Of a stretch of DNA of 62,428 bases, positions 45,943 through 57,701 are shown piece after piece. The stretch comes from a virus (lineage: Duplodnaviria > Caudoviricetes): the IMG/VR virus record IMGVR_UViG_3300017903_003401, positions 1-62,428 of that record, one strand, 5' to 3'. Under the pieces are notes generated by a model, which made no database searches, was not told the DNA's origin, and worked only from the letters and a program-made list of their open reading frames with translations. The position numbers and the translations under genes were made by a program. Position 1 is the stretch's first letter; each line of letters begins with the position of its first letter.

Positions 45943-48900
45943 ATGCCACAGGAAACTAATCTCAATGTCGCTCCCTATTTTGACGACTTTAATTCGGACA
46001 ATAATTTCTATAAAGTATTATTCAAGCCCGGGTTTCCAGTTCAGGCAAGGGAGCTGAACGGGTTACAATCAATACTTCAAAATCAGGTTGAAGAATTTGG
46101 TAACTTCTTCTTTAAGGAAGGATCAAAAGTTATTCCTGGTGACTTAACTTATGTAAAAGACTTTTTTGGTATTCAGATTAATCCAGAATTTCTTGGAGTA
46201 CCTGTAGGTGTATATCTTGACCAGATTATTGGAACAACAATCTCTGGTGCATCATCTGGTGTTACGGCAAAAGTAGTTACTTATATTACCGATCAAGAAT
46301 CAGAGAGAGGTGTATATACTCTTTACTTAAATTATGAGAATTCATCATCATCTGATGAGAGTGTTACGACATTTTTTGATAACGAAGTTCTTAATACAAG
46401 TAATAATATTACATTTGCATCAACCTTCATTTCTGCAGGTGATGGATTTGCAACAACACTTCCATTAAATTCTTCATGTGTAGGTTCATCATTTAATATA
46501 GCACAAGGTGTATATTACCTTAGAGGATACTTTGTAAATGTTGATCCTCAAACTCTTATTCTTGATCAATATAGTAATATTCCTTCATACAGGGTTGGTC
46601 TTGATGTTTTTGAAGAACTGGTATCTTCGGATGAAGATCCCACACTCAATGATAACGCACAAGGTTTTAATAATTTCACAGCTCCTGGGGCAGATAGATT
46701 AAGAATTACTACAAATCTTGCTAAAAAACCACTTGATAGCTTTGATGAACCAAATTTCGTCCAATTATCAGAGGTAAAGGAAGGTGTTTTACGTGTTATA
46801 AACAAAAATACTGAATTTAGTTTTATTGGTGATGAATTCGCAAGAAGAACTTTTGATGAATCTGGAAATTATTATGTAAAAGAATTTGTAACCACTGTTA
46901 AGAATAGTCTTAATGATCTTGAAGGTAACAGAGGTATATACAACTCAAATCAAATAACAGATAATGGTAACGTACCAAGTGACAATATTGGAGTTTACAG
47001 AATTTCTCCGGGAAAGGCATATGTTAGTGGATTTGAAGTAGAAACTATTTCCCCAACTCTTCTTGACTTTCCTAAACCAAGAACAACTAAAACTTTAGAA
47101 AATCAATCTATAAATTTTGGATTTGGTCCAACTTTAAATTTAGATAGAGTTAGTGGTTCTGCAACAATCGGTATTAATACGACTTTGACTCTTAGTTTGA
47201 GAGATCAAAGGATTGGAATTAATTCTCTATCTTCTTCTGGTAAAGAAATTGGTGTAGCAAGAATATATGACTTTGCTTTGGAAAGTGGTTCTTATGATAC
47301 CAACTTCCCAGACTTGAACGTTTTTGATCTTTCATTATTTGACGTTCAAACATTTACTGATATCACCTTAAATGAACCAGTAACTCTCAATACATCAACA
47401 TTTATTAGAGGTCAATCTAGTGGTGCAACAGGTTACCTTAGAAGTAGTGTAAATGCAGGCACAGCGATCACTGCATATAATGTAGAGGGTGACTTCATCA
47501 AGGGTGAGAGACTTATCTTCAATGGTGTATTAGAAAATGCTAGATTTGTTGTAGAAGATAGAAATTTCTCACTTTCTGATGTAAAATCAGTATTTGGACA
47601 AGTAGGTACAGCAGCAACATTTACAGGAGATACTGTACAATCTCAGGTGCGTAGTTTTGGTTCTGCTGACATATCCAATGGTTCGGGTGGTACCTCTGAC
47701 ATTTCTATACCAGTAACTCCAGGATTTACTTTTGTTGGTATTGTAACCTCAGGTAATATTGTTAGATACTCTAGACCTTCTTTAGATGTTGTAAGTTATG
47801 CAAGAGTTACAGGTGTTGGTAGAACAAATATTACTGTTGAGGCAGTAACCTCTGTTAACGGTATATGTGATGGTGATCTTCCAACTTCACCAGAGACTAT
47901 TTCAAATATTGAACTTCTCACAACAAAGGGTGCTGACGGAAATGATTCAGGAAATTCTGCTAATAATCAAACTCTTTACAGTATATTTCCGAAAGAAAAT
48001 ATATCATCAGTCAACATTGTTGGTTCAGACCTTGTAATTAGAAAGCAATATACCACATCTATCTCCAATAATTCAACTCCGATAATTAATGTAGATGATT
48101 CCAGAGAGTCATTTTTACCATTCGATGAGGAGAGATATACTCTCATTAGATCAGATGGTGGCACAGAACCACTTACAGAAGATAAATTTTCTTTTACAAA
48201 TGGTTCACAATCTCTTCAAATTAATGGTCTTGGTGAGAACGATAGTGAAACTAAGTTAATTACAACTCTTAGAAAGAAAGATATTAAAGCTAAAACAAAA
48301 CAAAGAAATGTCGTAAAAGATCTTATCATTGATAAATCTAATGATTCTGCATCAGGTATTGGAACTACTAGTCTCAATGATGGTTTAACATATGGTAATT
48401 ATCCATTTGGTACAAGAGTACAGGACGAAATTATTTCATTGAATACGGTCGATGTCTATGACATTTATGGTATCTATGAGTCTGAAGATAATAATGATCC
48501 AACATCACCATTCATGACTCTTTCTCAATTGGATGGTATTACTGCAACAACAAACGACTTAATTATTGGAGAAATATTAATTGGTCAAACTAGTGGTGCT
48601 AAGGCAATTTATATTCAAAAACTCAATGATACTCAAATATATTTTATATACTTAAATGAATCAACATTCTCAAATTCGGAAGTTGTCTCTTTCCAATCGT
48701 CAACTGTAAGTGGTATCTCTGCAAATGTCAATATTGGTTCAAAGAATATAACTAGTGACTTTAAGTTTTTCAATGGTCAAACTGATACATTTTATGACTA
48801 TTCTAGAATTATAAGAAGAGGTGATGTTGGGATTCCATCAAGAAAATTACGTGTTTATTTTGCATCTTCATCTTATTCTGGTACTGATAGTGGTGACATT

Positions 48901-51900
48901 ACGATTGTCAATTCTTACCTTGGATACGACTATTCAACAGAAATTCCATCAGTCGATAATGTAAGAGTAAGTGATATAATTGACGCAAGACCAAGACTCG
49001 TTGACTATGTAATTGAGGAGGGAGCAAGATCTCCTTTAGAATTTGATGGTAGAACATTCTTCGACAATGAAAATGGAAACTTACAGTCATCAAGAGATAT
49101 TATTGCCTCTGATGAATCACTCAACTTAAGTTATAGTTATTTTCTTCCTAGAGCTGATAGAATTTATATTGATAAAGAAGGTGATATAGGTATTCAATTT
49201 GGTTCACCTGCTGACGATCCAAGATTACCGGATAGTTTAAGTAATGTAATGAATATTGCAAATGTGTTTTTACCACCATTTGTATTCGATATATCAGATG
49301 TAAAAGTTAATTTTATTGAGAATAAGAGATATCAAATGAGTGATATTTCTAAACTTGAGCAAAGAATTAAGAATTTAGAATACTATACCTCACTCAATCA
49401 ACTTGAGACAAATACCTTAAATTTATTTGTTGAAGATGCTAATGGAAACAATAGATTTAAGTCAGGTATTTTTGTTGATAACTTTACAACACTTGAACCA
49501 CAAGACACATCAGTTGGTGTTAGAAATAGTATAGATCCTGAAAAGGGTGAGTTAAGACCATCTCATTACACTACAGCATTAAATCTTCAAGTTGGTTCAA
49601 CATTGATTGGTGGTTTATCTGCCACATCAGACTCAAGTCAAGATGCAGATGCTGCAAATATTGTAGGTGTCAATGTTAGAAAATCTGGTAGAATCTTAAC
49701 ACTCAACTATTCGGATGATATATGGCTTGAGCAACCATTTGCAACCAGAGTTGAAAATGTTACGCCATTCCTGGTTAACTTCTATCAAGGAAATATTGAA
49801 TTAACTCCAGAAACTGATGTTTGGATTGATACCAATGAACTTCAAGTTAATGATGTTTTAACAGAAGGAAGTTTCAGAGGTGTGGCTGAAGCCTTAGGTG
49901 CAGAAATAACAACAAATATTGATGGAACAAGAGCAGGTGTATCTCCTGTCGTTTGGAACTCATGGGAGACTGTAGGTGTACAAGTCAATACATCCCTTTC
50001 TAATAATCAGTCATCCTCAACCAGGTCATCCAGAACAGTCAATAATTCAAGAGGTAGGATAGAATCAAGGAGAGGACGTAGAGGACAAACAAGAACTACT
50101 ACCACAACTACAACCACTACAACACAGAATAGAATTTCTGCAACAACATCGACAAGTTTAACTCAGAGTAGAAGTGGTCAACAATTCTTTGTAAATGAAA
50201 GAATCGATACTGAGTCTCTTGGTAGTAGGGTTGTAAGGAGAGAGTTAATTAATTTTATTAGATCTCGTAACATTTCTGTCAAAGGAACTTCTTTCAAACC
50301 ATTTACTAGGTTGTATACATTCTTTGATGATGTTGATGTTAATAAGTTTGTAACACCAAAACTTATTGAAATTGAGATGCTTAATGGAACCTTTGTTGTA
50401 GGCGAAACAGTTAGAGGAAGAATGAATGATGGTGGTTCTCAAATCATCAATAGCGCAACTGTCCCTTCAATTGATTTCAGAGTAGCAAATCCAAATCACA
50501 AATATGGACCATATAACATCCCAACAGATGTTTATGATAGTAATCCATATAATAGAACTATTCTTATTCCTCCATCTTATTCGGAATCATCATCAATTCT
50601 GAATATTGATACATTCAGTCTTCAGTCATTGGACTTTCCACAATATAGTGGATTCATTGCAAACTCTATGATTTTGACTGGAAGTACAAGTGGAGCACAA
50701 GCAAGAGTCACTAATGTAAGATTTGTTACTGACAGAGTTGGAACTTTACAACTGTCTTACAGCATTCCAAGTTCCAATAATCCTGCAAATCCAATATTTG
50801 AAACTGGTAGGTCTAATTTCAGATTGACAAGTAGTAGCACAAATAGTTCCATTGAAGGTACTGTATCTACTGCAGGTGAATCAATTTATTATTCACAAGG
50901 TAGTGTCGATGTAACTCAAGAAACCACACTTTCTGTCAGAAATGCAACTGTTAGAAAAGAAGACTTTAGTCAAGCAAGAACACTTAGAGATACTGATACC
51001 TCAAATACCGTCAACATTACGTCTACATCACAAGATGTGGATGTAAGAGTAAACTTGGGAACTCGTAGAATTCGTCGTCCAACACCTACTCCACCCCCAC
51101 CACCACCAACTCCGGCACCTCCTTCACCACCTATTATCAATCGTCCGATTGTAAGACCAACTCCACCACCTCCTCCGGCCCCTCTTCCTCCTCCGCCGGT
51201 ACCTATTCCTACGCCATTACCACCTCCACCACCACCTGTTGTAGTACCAGAAGTTATTACACCACCACCACCTCCACCACCAGTTGTGTTGCCACCGGCC
51301 CCAGAACCTGTTCCGCCGCCGCCACCACCAAGGCCTGTTCCGCCCCCACCTCCAGTTCCAGAGCCAGAACCAGAACCAATACCTGTTTCTGTACCAGTAC
51401 AACCTACTCCACCACCTCCACCACCGGCCCCTGCGGAACCTGTTGTTCCACCTATAGTATCGGCCATTGGAAATTTCTTCCGAGGAGTATTAGGAGGAGC
51501 AACTAGACCACCTTCAACACCAGTAGGTCAATTAGAAAGACCAGCTAATGTCGGTTCTGAAAGGGCAGAACAGTTCCGTCGTCCCCCAAGAGGTGATGGA
51601 CCAACACCAGAGCAACGGGAACGTCGTCAAAATCGCCGTGCCAACGGCCGCGGTCGAAGAGATCCACTTGCTCAAACTTTCATTGTTGACGATCTAACTG
51701 GAGTCTTTATTACTAGGGTAGATCTTTTCTTCATCCAAAAGGATGATAATATTCCAGTACAATTTGAAATAAGAGAAACAACTCTTGGAACTCCAAATGA
51801 TCGTGTTGTACCATTCTCTTATAAGAGTATTGATCCACAGGATATTAATTTAAGTCTTGATGGATCTGTTGCAACAACTATTACTCTTGATTCACCAGTA

Positions 51901-54138
51901 TATCTGAATCCTCAAAAAGAATATGCCCTTGTGCTTCTTTCGGATTCGACTAATTATCAAGTCTACATTAGTAGATTGGGTGAAGCAGACATTTCAACAC
52001 TTGGTCAAGAGGCAGGTCAGGTATTAGTAACTGAACAACCACTTCTTGGTTCTCTGTTCAAATCACAAAATGCATCAGTATGGACACCTTCACAGTTTGA
52101 GGATCTGAAATTTAGACTTTATGCAGCTAGATTTGTCTCACAAGGTTCTGTATCATTCTATAATCCAGATTTACCATCAGATCTTTCACAAATTGATCCG
52201 AATGGTTTGACAATCAATTCTAGAAAGATAAGAGTTGGTCTTGGAACAACTGTTGTTGATGATGATCTTGAATTTGGAGTTACTGTCAAACAATTGGGTA
52301 TTGGTGCAGAGGGTACACTTGTTGCTCTTGGTGGGTCTGCTACTTCAGATCTTACTATAACCAATGCAGGTGTTGGTTATACACCATCGGCAGGTAGATT
52401 TACATATAATGGTATTGGTCTTACTGCAATTACTGGTGAGGGTGTTGATGCAACTGCTGATATTACTATTGAGAATGGTGTAGCAATTGCAGCTACTGTA
52501 AATAATGGGGGTACAAATTATGTAATTGGTGATGTGTTGACCCCGGTATCTATTGGATCTAAGAGTCTTGGAGATGGTATTCAATTATCTGTTGAAACTA
52601 TTCTTGGAAATAACACTCTCGTACTTGATAATGTTCAAGGTAATTTCACAACTAATTCTTCGTATCCTATCTACTATGTGAAGAAGACTGGAATCACCAC
52701 AGAACTTAATTCTGGTGTGGGTGGTGATGTTGTTCCAGTATCTCCAATTGTGATTTCTGAACAAGGAAATTACATCAAAGTGTTCCAAAGAAATCATGGT
52801 TTATACTCTAATGTGAATAGAGTTACTATTAGTGATGTGAGAAGTGAAAAAGTTACATCAAAACTCTCTAATGATTTCAACTTTGATTCATCTGGATCTA
52901 TTGGTGGTGATAATGTCTCAACCGATTTTGAAACTTTTGAAAATATTGGTGTAGCAGCAACTAATCCTGGTTATATCAAGATTGGTGAAGAACTTATCAG
53001 TTACACTGGTGTTAGCGGTAATAGCTTTACAGGAATCACAAGAGGAATAGACAATAGTGTCATTTCAAGTCATTCAAGTGGTGAACTTATTTACAAATAT
53101 GAACTTGATGGTGTTTCATTGAGAAGAATCAATACTACTCACCTTCTTTCAAATGTAGTTCCTAGTGAGATTGATGAACCGGCTATTGGTTTAGATTACT
53201 ATTACATAAAGGTTCAAATGAACGCCAATGGAACTAATAGAGCTCCTGGAAATTCTGAAAAATTCACTCCACTCTTCTTTAATGAAAATAGTATTGGTGG
53301 AGGTCCATTAGTCAAGGGAACTTATAATCTCCCATTCAATTTGATAACTCCAAAAATCAATACCGTACTACCCGTGGGTACAGCTATTGAATCAGAAGTA
53401 AGAACTATTTCTGCAACCAGTGTTTCAGGAAGTCAAGAATCATACATAGATCAAGGATTTGACTTGATTAATATTTTTGAGAAAAATTACTTTGATTCTA
53501 TGAGAATGATACCATCAAGAGAAAATGAATTAGCATTATTGAATGGTGATCTTTTCCCTGGTAATAAATCATTTACAATTAATTATAGTCTGGGATCTAA
53601 TAATTCAAGAATCAGTCCTGTGATTGATCTTGACAGTTCTGCGGTTGTATTTACAATGAGTAGAATTAACAATCCAGTTAGTGACTATACTACTGACTTC
53701 AAAGTAAATACAATTGAAGATGATCCTAACAGATTCATTTATGTTTCAAAAAATGTAACTCTTGAAAATCCTGCAACATCACTACAAGTTCTTCTAGATG
53801 CTTATGTATCAAACTTCAATGATATCAGAGTGTTATATGCACTCAATCAGGATACTGTAGTTGAAGATACTATATTTACATTATTCCCTGGGTATTCCAA
53901 CATTGGTACAAATAACTCAGTCATCAGCATGTCCTCAAATAATGGCACTTCTGATGTAAGAGTTCCTAAAGTTGATTCATATGTCCCTGAACCAACTGTA
54001 GATCAATATAGGGAGTATAAGTTTAGTATTGATGATTTGGCACCATTCAAGTCATTCAGAATCAAAATCATTGGTACTTCAACAGACCAGTCTAATGTCC
54101 CAATGATTAGAAACCTTAGAGCGATATCATTTGCATAA
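45943..54138 (+). CDS. Large VrlC/DUF4815-like virion structural protein, 2731 aa
   Basis: NLNVAPYFDDF, VLFKPGFPVQARELN.LQSILQNQ, APGADR, RIKNLEYYTSL, DPLAQTF motifs. Confidence 0.8.
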   Translation: MPQETNLNVAPYFDDFNSDNNFYKVLFKPGFPVQARELNGLQSILQNQVEEFGNFFFKEGSKVIPGDLTYVKDFFGIQINPEFLGVPVGVYLDQIIGTTISGASSGVTAKVVTYITDQESERGVYTLYLNYENSSSSDESVTTFFDNEVLNTSNNITFASTFISAGDGFATTLPLNSSCVGSSFNIAQGVYYLRGYFVNVDPQTLILDQYSNIPSYRVGLDVFEELVSSDEDPTLNDNAQGFNNFTAPGADRLRITTNLAKKPLDSFDEPNFVQLSEVKEGVLRVINKNTEFSFIGDEFARRTFDESGNYYVKEFVTTVKNSLNDLEGNRGIYNSNQITDNGNVPSDNIGVYRISPGKAYVSGFEVETISPTLLDFPKPRTTKTLENQSINFGFGPTLNLDRVSGSATIGINTTLTLSLRDQRIGINSLSSSGKEIGVARIYDFALESGSYDTNFPDLNVFDLSLFDVQTFTDITLNEPVTLNTSTFIRGQSSGATGYLRSSVNAGTAITAYNVEGDFIKGERLIFNGVLENARFVVEDRNFSLSDVKSVFGQVGTAATFTGDTVQSQVRSFGSADISNGSGGTSDISIPVTPGFTFVGIVTSGNIVRYSRPSLDVVSYARVTGVGRTNITVEAVTSVNGICDGDLPTSPETISNIELLTTKGADGNDSGNSANNQTLYSIFPKENISSVNIVGSDLVIRKQYTTSISNNSTPIINVDDSRESFLPFDEERYTLIRSDGGTEPLTEDKFSFTNGSQSLQINGLGENDSETKLITTLRKKDIKAKTKQRNVVKDLIIDKSNDSASGIGTTSLNDGLTYGNYPFGTRVQDEIISLNTVDVYDIYGIYESEDNNDPTSPFMTLSQLDGITATTNDLIIGEILIGQTSGAKAIYIQKLNDTQIYFIYLNESTFSNSEVVSFQSSTVSGISANVNIGSKNITSDFKFFNGQTDTFYDYSRIIRRGDVGIPSRKLRVYFASSSYSGTDSGDITIVNSYLGYDYSTEIPSVDNVRVSDIIDARPRLVDYVIEEGARSPLEFDGRTFFDNENGNLQSSRDIIASDESLNLSYSYFLPRADRIYIDKEGDIGIQFGSPADDPRLPDSLSNVMNIANVFLPPFVFDISDVKVNFIENKRYQMSDISKLEQRIKNLEYYTSLNQLETNTLNLFVEDANGNNRFKSGIFVDNFTTLEPQDTSVGVRNSIDPEKGELRPSHYTTALNLQVGSTLIGGLSATSDSSQDADAANIVGVNVRKSGRILTLNYSDDIWLEQPFATRVENVTPFLVNFYQGNIELTPETDVWIDTNELQVNDVLTEGSFRGVAEALGAEITTNIDGTRAGVSPVVWNSWETVGVQVNTSLSNNQSSSTRSSRTVNNSRGRIESRRGRRGQTRTTTTTTTTTTQNRISATTSTSLTQSRSGQQFFVNERIDTESLGSRVVRRELINFIRSRNISVKGTSFKPFTRLYTFFDDVDVNKFVTPKLIEIEMLNGTFVVGETVRGRMNDGGSQIINSATVPSIDFRVANPNHKYGPYNIPTDVYDSNPYNRTILIPPSYSESSSILNIDTFSLQSLDFPQYSGFIANSMILTGSTSGAQARVTNVRFVTDRVGTLQLSYSIPSSNNPANPIFETGRSNFRLTSSSTNSSIEGTVSTAGESIYYSQGSVDVTQETTLSVRNATVRKEDFSQARTLRDTDTSNTVNITSTSQDVDVRVNLGTRRIRRPTPTPPPPPPTPAPPSPPIINRPIVRPTPPPPPAPLPPPPVPIPTPLPPPPPPVVVPEVITPPPPPPPVVLPPAPEPVPPPPPPRPVPPPPPVPEPEPEPIPVSVPVQPTPPPPPPAPAEPVVPPIVSAIGNFFRGVLGGATRPPSTPVGQLERPANVGSERAEQFRRPPRGDGPTPEQRERRQNRRANGRGRRDPLAQTFIVDDLTGVFITRVDLFFIQKDDNIPVQFEIRETTLGTPNDRVVPFSYKSIDPQDINLSLDGSVATTITLDSPVYLNPQKEYALVLLSDSTNYQVYISRLGEADISTLGQEAGQVLVTEQPLLGSLFKSQNASVWTPSQFEDLKFRLYAARFVSQGSVSFYNPDLPSDLSQIDPNGLTINSRKIRVGLGTTVVDDDLEFGVTVKQLGIGAEGTLVALGGSATSDLTITNAGVGYTPSAGRFTYNGIGLTAITGEGVDATADITIENGVAIAATVNNGGTNYVIGDVLTPVSIGSKSLGDGIQLSVETILGNNTLVLDNVQGNFTTNSSYPIYYVKKTGITTELNSGVGGDVVPVSPIVISEQGNYIKVFQRNHGLYSNVNRVTISDVRSEKVTSKLSNDFNFDSSGSIGGDNVSTDFETFENIGVAATNPGYIKIGEELISYTGVSGNSFTGITRGIDNSVISSHSSGELIYKYELDGVSLRRINTTHLLSNVVPSEIDEPAIGLDYYYIKVQMNANGTNRAPGNSEKFTPLFFNENSIGGGPLVKGTYNLPFNLITPKINTVLPVGTAIESEVRTISATSVSGSQESYIDQGFDLINIFEKNYFDSMRMIPSRENELALLNGDLFPGNKSFTINYSLGSNNSRISPVIDLDSSAVVFTMSRINNPVSDYTTDFKVNTIEDDPNRFIYVSKNVTLENPATSLQVLLDAYVSNFNDIRVLYALNQDTVVEDTIFTLFPGYSNIGTNNSVISMSSNNGTSDVRVPKVDSYVPEPTVDQYREYKFSIDDLAPFKSFRIKIIGTSTDQSNVPMIRNLRAISFA

Positions 54139-54371
54139 TGGAAAATTTTATACCAGTAGAAGGAATGGATGGTCTCTTTAGAGACCCCCATTCTGGTGCT
54201 ATTATTAATAGTAACAAACTTGACTATGAAACCTATGTGAGACATAGGCAAAAACTGAATAATGATAGAGAAGATTTTGAAAAACTTCAATCAGAAGTTA
54301 CAAATATGAAAAGTGATGTGGATCAAATTAAGTTTATGTTGAAAAATATCACTGATTTATTAAATAAATAG
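54138..54371 (+). CDS. Small hypothetical protein with a C-terminal coiled coil
   Basis: VEG..GLFRD..SGAIIN; TAATG coupling. Confidence 0.75.
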   Translation: MENFIPVEGMDGLFRDPHSGAIINSNKLDYETYVRHRQKLNNDREDFEKLQSEVTNMKSDVDQIKFMLKNITDLLNK

Positions 54372-54395
54372 ACATATAGATAGGTCTAATAATAA

Positions 54396-55268
54396 ATGGC
54401 ACAGCCTAGTACTAGACAAGAACTAATTGATTATTGTTTAAGACAGTTAGGTGCTCCTGTTTTGGAGATCAACGTGGCTGATGAACAACTTGAAGACCTG
54501 ATAGATGATGCGATACAATTCTTTCAAGAGAGACATTTTGATGGTGTCACTCAGGTTTATCTTAAGTATCAAATTACTGAAGATGATATAAAAAGAGGAA
54601 GGGCAAGACCACCTGGTGCACCACAAACAGAAAATGGTAGTGTAGGAATTGCATCGACTTCTGCATCATCAAATATTGTTGGTACTGCAACTACATTTAC
54701 TTATTATCAGAACAGTAATTATATTCAAATCCCCCCATCAATCATTGGTGTAAATAAAATTTATCAATTTGATGGTGGATATGGTCAAGGAATGTTCAAC
54801 GTAAAATATCAATATATGTTGAATGATTTTATAGGTTTGAATGGTTGGGGTGCATCTGGATTCGATTTATTGTCATACACAATGACAATGTCTTATTTGG
54901 AGACTATTAATTATTGTCTGAATACTCATAAACAAATTAGATTTAATCAAAGAACAGATAGATTGTATATTGATATTGATTGGCATGATCTAACGGCAGG
55001 AGAGTTTTTAGTCATTGATTGTTGGGCTATGAATAATCCTAATGATTATCCAAGAGTATATAACGATTCTTTCTTAAAACCATACCTGACTGCACTTATC
55101 AAGAGACAATGGGGTCAGAACTTAATCAAATTCCAGGGAGTTAAACTTCCAGGTGGTATTGAATTTAATGGAAGACAACTTTACGATGACGCACAGACTG
55201 AACTTGATAAGATACAAGAAAGGATGTTGAGTACATATGAATTACCACCATTAGATTTAATTGGGTGA
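54396..55268 (+). CDS. g13: Neck protein gp13
   Basis: LIDYCLRQLGAPVLEINV...HFDG; QWGQNLIKF.GV.LPGG..FNG. Confidence 0.92.
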   Translation: MAQPSTRQELIDYCLRQLGAPVLEINVADEQLEDLIDDAIQFFQERHFDGVTQVYLKYQITEDDIKRGRARPPGAPQTENGSVGIASTSASSNIVGTATTFTYYQNSNYIQIPPSIIGVNKIYQFDGGYGQGMFNVKYQYMLNDFIGLNGWGASGFDLLSYTMTMSYLETINYCLNTHKQIRFNQRTDRLYIDIDWHDLTAGEFLVIDCWAMNNPNDYPRVYNDSFLKPYLTALIKRQWGQNLIKFQGVKLPGGIEFNGRQLYDDAQTELDKIQERMLSTYELPPLDLIG

Positions 55269-55274
55269 TGACGT

Positions 55275-56669
55275 ATGCTAAATCCTTTCTTTCTAAATGG
55301 TTCATCTAGTGAACAAAACCTTATACAAAGTCTTGTCAATGAACAGTTGAAGATGTATGGGGTAGAAGTATATTATCTACCTCGAAGATACATCACTACC
55401 AATACAGTTATAAAAGAAGTCATTCAATCTGACTTTACAAATGCATATCCAATTGAGGCATATGTTGATAATTATGAGGGATACACTGGACAAGGAACAA
55501 TTCTGTCAAAATTTGGTATTGAAAATCAAGACGACCTTCAACTCATAATCTCAAAAGAAAGGTATGAAAATTATATCACTCCTTTGATAAAAGATGTACC
55601 TGATATTCAATTAAGTGCCAGACCAAAAGAAGGCGACTTAATATATTTTCCATTAGGTGATAGACTATTTGAAATTAAGTTTGTAGAACACGAACAACCT
55701 TTTTATCAACTCAAGAAAACCTATGTTTATGAGTTGAGATGTGAACTCTTCAGATACGAAGATGAAGTTATTGATACTGGTGTTGAAACAATTGATGATG
55801 AGGTTGAACAGATTGGTTACATACAAACTCTGAACTTGATTGGTGCAGGAAGAACTGCTACGGCAAGTGCAACTGTATGTCCTTCTGGTGCTATCAATAA
55901 GATTGTCATCAGTAATATGGGTAAGAACTTCAAATCTACCCCCACAGTAGGATTTTCATCAGCACCTTCAGGAGGAGAAACTGCGGTAGGCATCGCATCA
56001 GTATCTTATAATCATCCAGGATGTAAGGGAAAATCAGGTGTTATATCTGCAATATTGATTACTAATGCAGGATGTGGGTATACAGTAGCTCCGATGATTA
56101 CTGTTTCTGGGGGTGGTGGAACTGGTTTTGCAGCTACAACTGGTATTTCAACTAATGGATCCATACAGACTATCACTGTGAGTGATGGTGGAAAAGGTTA
56201 TATCAATACTCCAAAAGTGTCTATTGCATCTACAATATCAAACACCAAAGATGCAGTTGCTATCTCAACTATATCTTCTGGTATTGTAACAGATATTTAC
56301 ATTATTGGTGGTGGAGACGGATACGGATCTAGTCCAATTATAACTATCGATCCACCACTTTCTGCCGATGATGATGTTTCTCTTGGTGGTTCATTCACCT
56401 TTAATGAAGTTGTCACAGGTTCAAAGTCTGGAACTACTGCAAGAGTTAAGGAATGGAATGGTAATACAGACATAATCGAAGTTGGTATAATCTCTGGTGC
56501 TTTTGTTGATGGAGAGTATCTCACGGGATCTGATTCTGGTGCAAGATACCTCATTAGTGGTATAGATACTGATGATAAGGTAACACCTTATGCAGACAAT
56601 GATAATATTGAGAGGGAGGCTGACTCAATTATTGACTTCTCTTCCTCCAATCCCTTTGGTATGCCATAA
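55275..56669 (+). CDS. g14: Neck protein gp14 with a Gly-rich internal insertion
   Basis: EQLKMYGVEVYYLPR, RPKEGDLIYFP, FYQL, NPFG end. Confidence 0.9.
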   Translation: MLNPFFLNGSSSEQNLIQSLVNEQLKMYGVEVYYLPRRYITTNTVIKEVIQSDFTNAYPIEAYVDNYEGYTGQGTILSKFGIENQDDLQLIISKERYENYITPLIKDVPDIQLSARPKEGDLIYFPLGDRLFEIKFVEHEQPFYQLKKTYVYELRCELFRYEDEVIDTGVETIDDEVEQIGYIQTLNLIGAGRTATASATVCPSGAINKIVISNMGKNFKSTPTVGFSSAPSGGETAVGIASVSYNHPGCKGKSGVISAILITNAGCGYTVAPMITVSGGGGTGFAATTGISTNGSIQTITVSDGGKGYINTPKVSIASTISNTKDAVAISTISSGIVTDIYIIGGGDGYGSSPIITIDPPLSADDDVSLGGSFTFNEVVTGSKSGTTARVKEWNGNTDIIEVGIISGAFVDGEYLTGSDSGARYLISGIDTDDKVTPYADNDNIEREADSIIDFSSSNPFGMP

Positions 56670-56693
56670 ATATAAGTATATAATCTTAAGATA

Positions 56694-57692
56694 ATGTTTG
56701 AGTATTTTTACAACGAGATTTTCAGATCTGTTATCATTGGATTTGGATCCCTTTTCAATGGTATTCAAATTAAACATAAAGATAGTGGTGATGATACTAC
56801 AAGTGTTATCAAGGTACCACTTGCATATGGACCTACACAAAAGTTTCTTGCTAGACTGAAGCAAAGTCCAAATCTGAATGCACCAGTCCAAATGACACTT
56901 CCAAGAATGTCATTTGAGTTTACTAATCTTAAATATGACTCCTCACGGAAATCTACTCAAACACAGCAGATGGTTGTCACCTCTGCAGATGGTACAGAAG
57001 AGAAAAAGAGTTATCTTCCAGTACCATATAATATGACGATTACACTTTCAGTTTATACAAAACTGAATGATGACATGTTACAAATTGTGGAACAGATAGT
57101 CCCATACTTCCAACCTGGTTATACTCTTCCAATTAAATTTCTTGGTAATTTAGAAGAAGTCCAAAATGTTCCTGTTATATTAGACAACATAGATATGTCT
57201 GATGAATATGAGGGAAATTTTGATACAAGAAGGGCTCTAGTATATACATTCACATTCACTGCCAAAACCTTTGTATACGGTCCTCTCAGAGATGTATCTT
57301 CTGATATCATTAAGAAGGTCACTGTTGGTTACATTGCTGGTCATAGATCAAGTAATTATGATAGGGACGTTACTTATCAGGTTACACCAAGAGCAATCAA
57401 GGATTATGATGGTGTTGTAGTTACACTTCTTGGTGAGAATGTTGATATGGTGGAGAATGTTATTGAAGTTGATGACTCATCATCTATCTCTGAAGGTTCA
57501 TACATCTACATTGACCAAGAAGAATTGTATGTCGAGACGATTACAGGTAATAAGTTACTTGTAAGAAGAGCTCAAGACAATACACCTCTCCAAAATCATG
57601 TCTTGGGTTCTAAGGTATTCAAGATTGATAATCAGGATAATTCTATGATTGAACTGGGAGATGACTTTGGATTTGATGGTAATATATTCTGA
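56694..57692 (+). CDS. g15: Tail sheath stabiliser / tail terminator gp15
   Basis: FGSLFN.I, VPLAYGP.QKFLARL, LPRMSFE, QIVEQIVPYFQP. Confidence 0.92.
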   Translation: MFEYFYNEIFRSVIIGFGSLFNGIQIKHKDSGDDTTSVIKVPLAYGPTQKFLARLKQSPNLNAPVQMTLPRMSFEFTNLKYDSSRKSTQTQQMVVTSADGTEEKKSYLPVPYNMTITLSVYTKLNDDMLQIVEQIVPYFQPGYTLPIKFLGNLEEVQNVPVILDNIDMSDEYEGNFDTRRALVYTFTFTAKTFVYGPLRDVSSDIIKKVTVGYIAGHRSSNYDRDVTYQVTPRAIKDYDGVVVTLLGENVDMVENVIEVDDSSSISEGSYIYIDQEELYVETITGNKLLVRRAQDNTPLQNHVLGSKVFKIDNQDNSMIELGDDFGFDGNIF

Positions 57693-57701
57693 GGTTAGTA
57701 T

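Noticed and set aside
50970-51467. Minus-strand Gly-rich and Trp/Arg-rich ORFs
   Set aside because: Antisense shadows of the polyproline codons in the VrlC-like gene.
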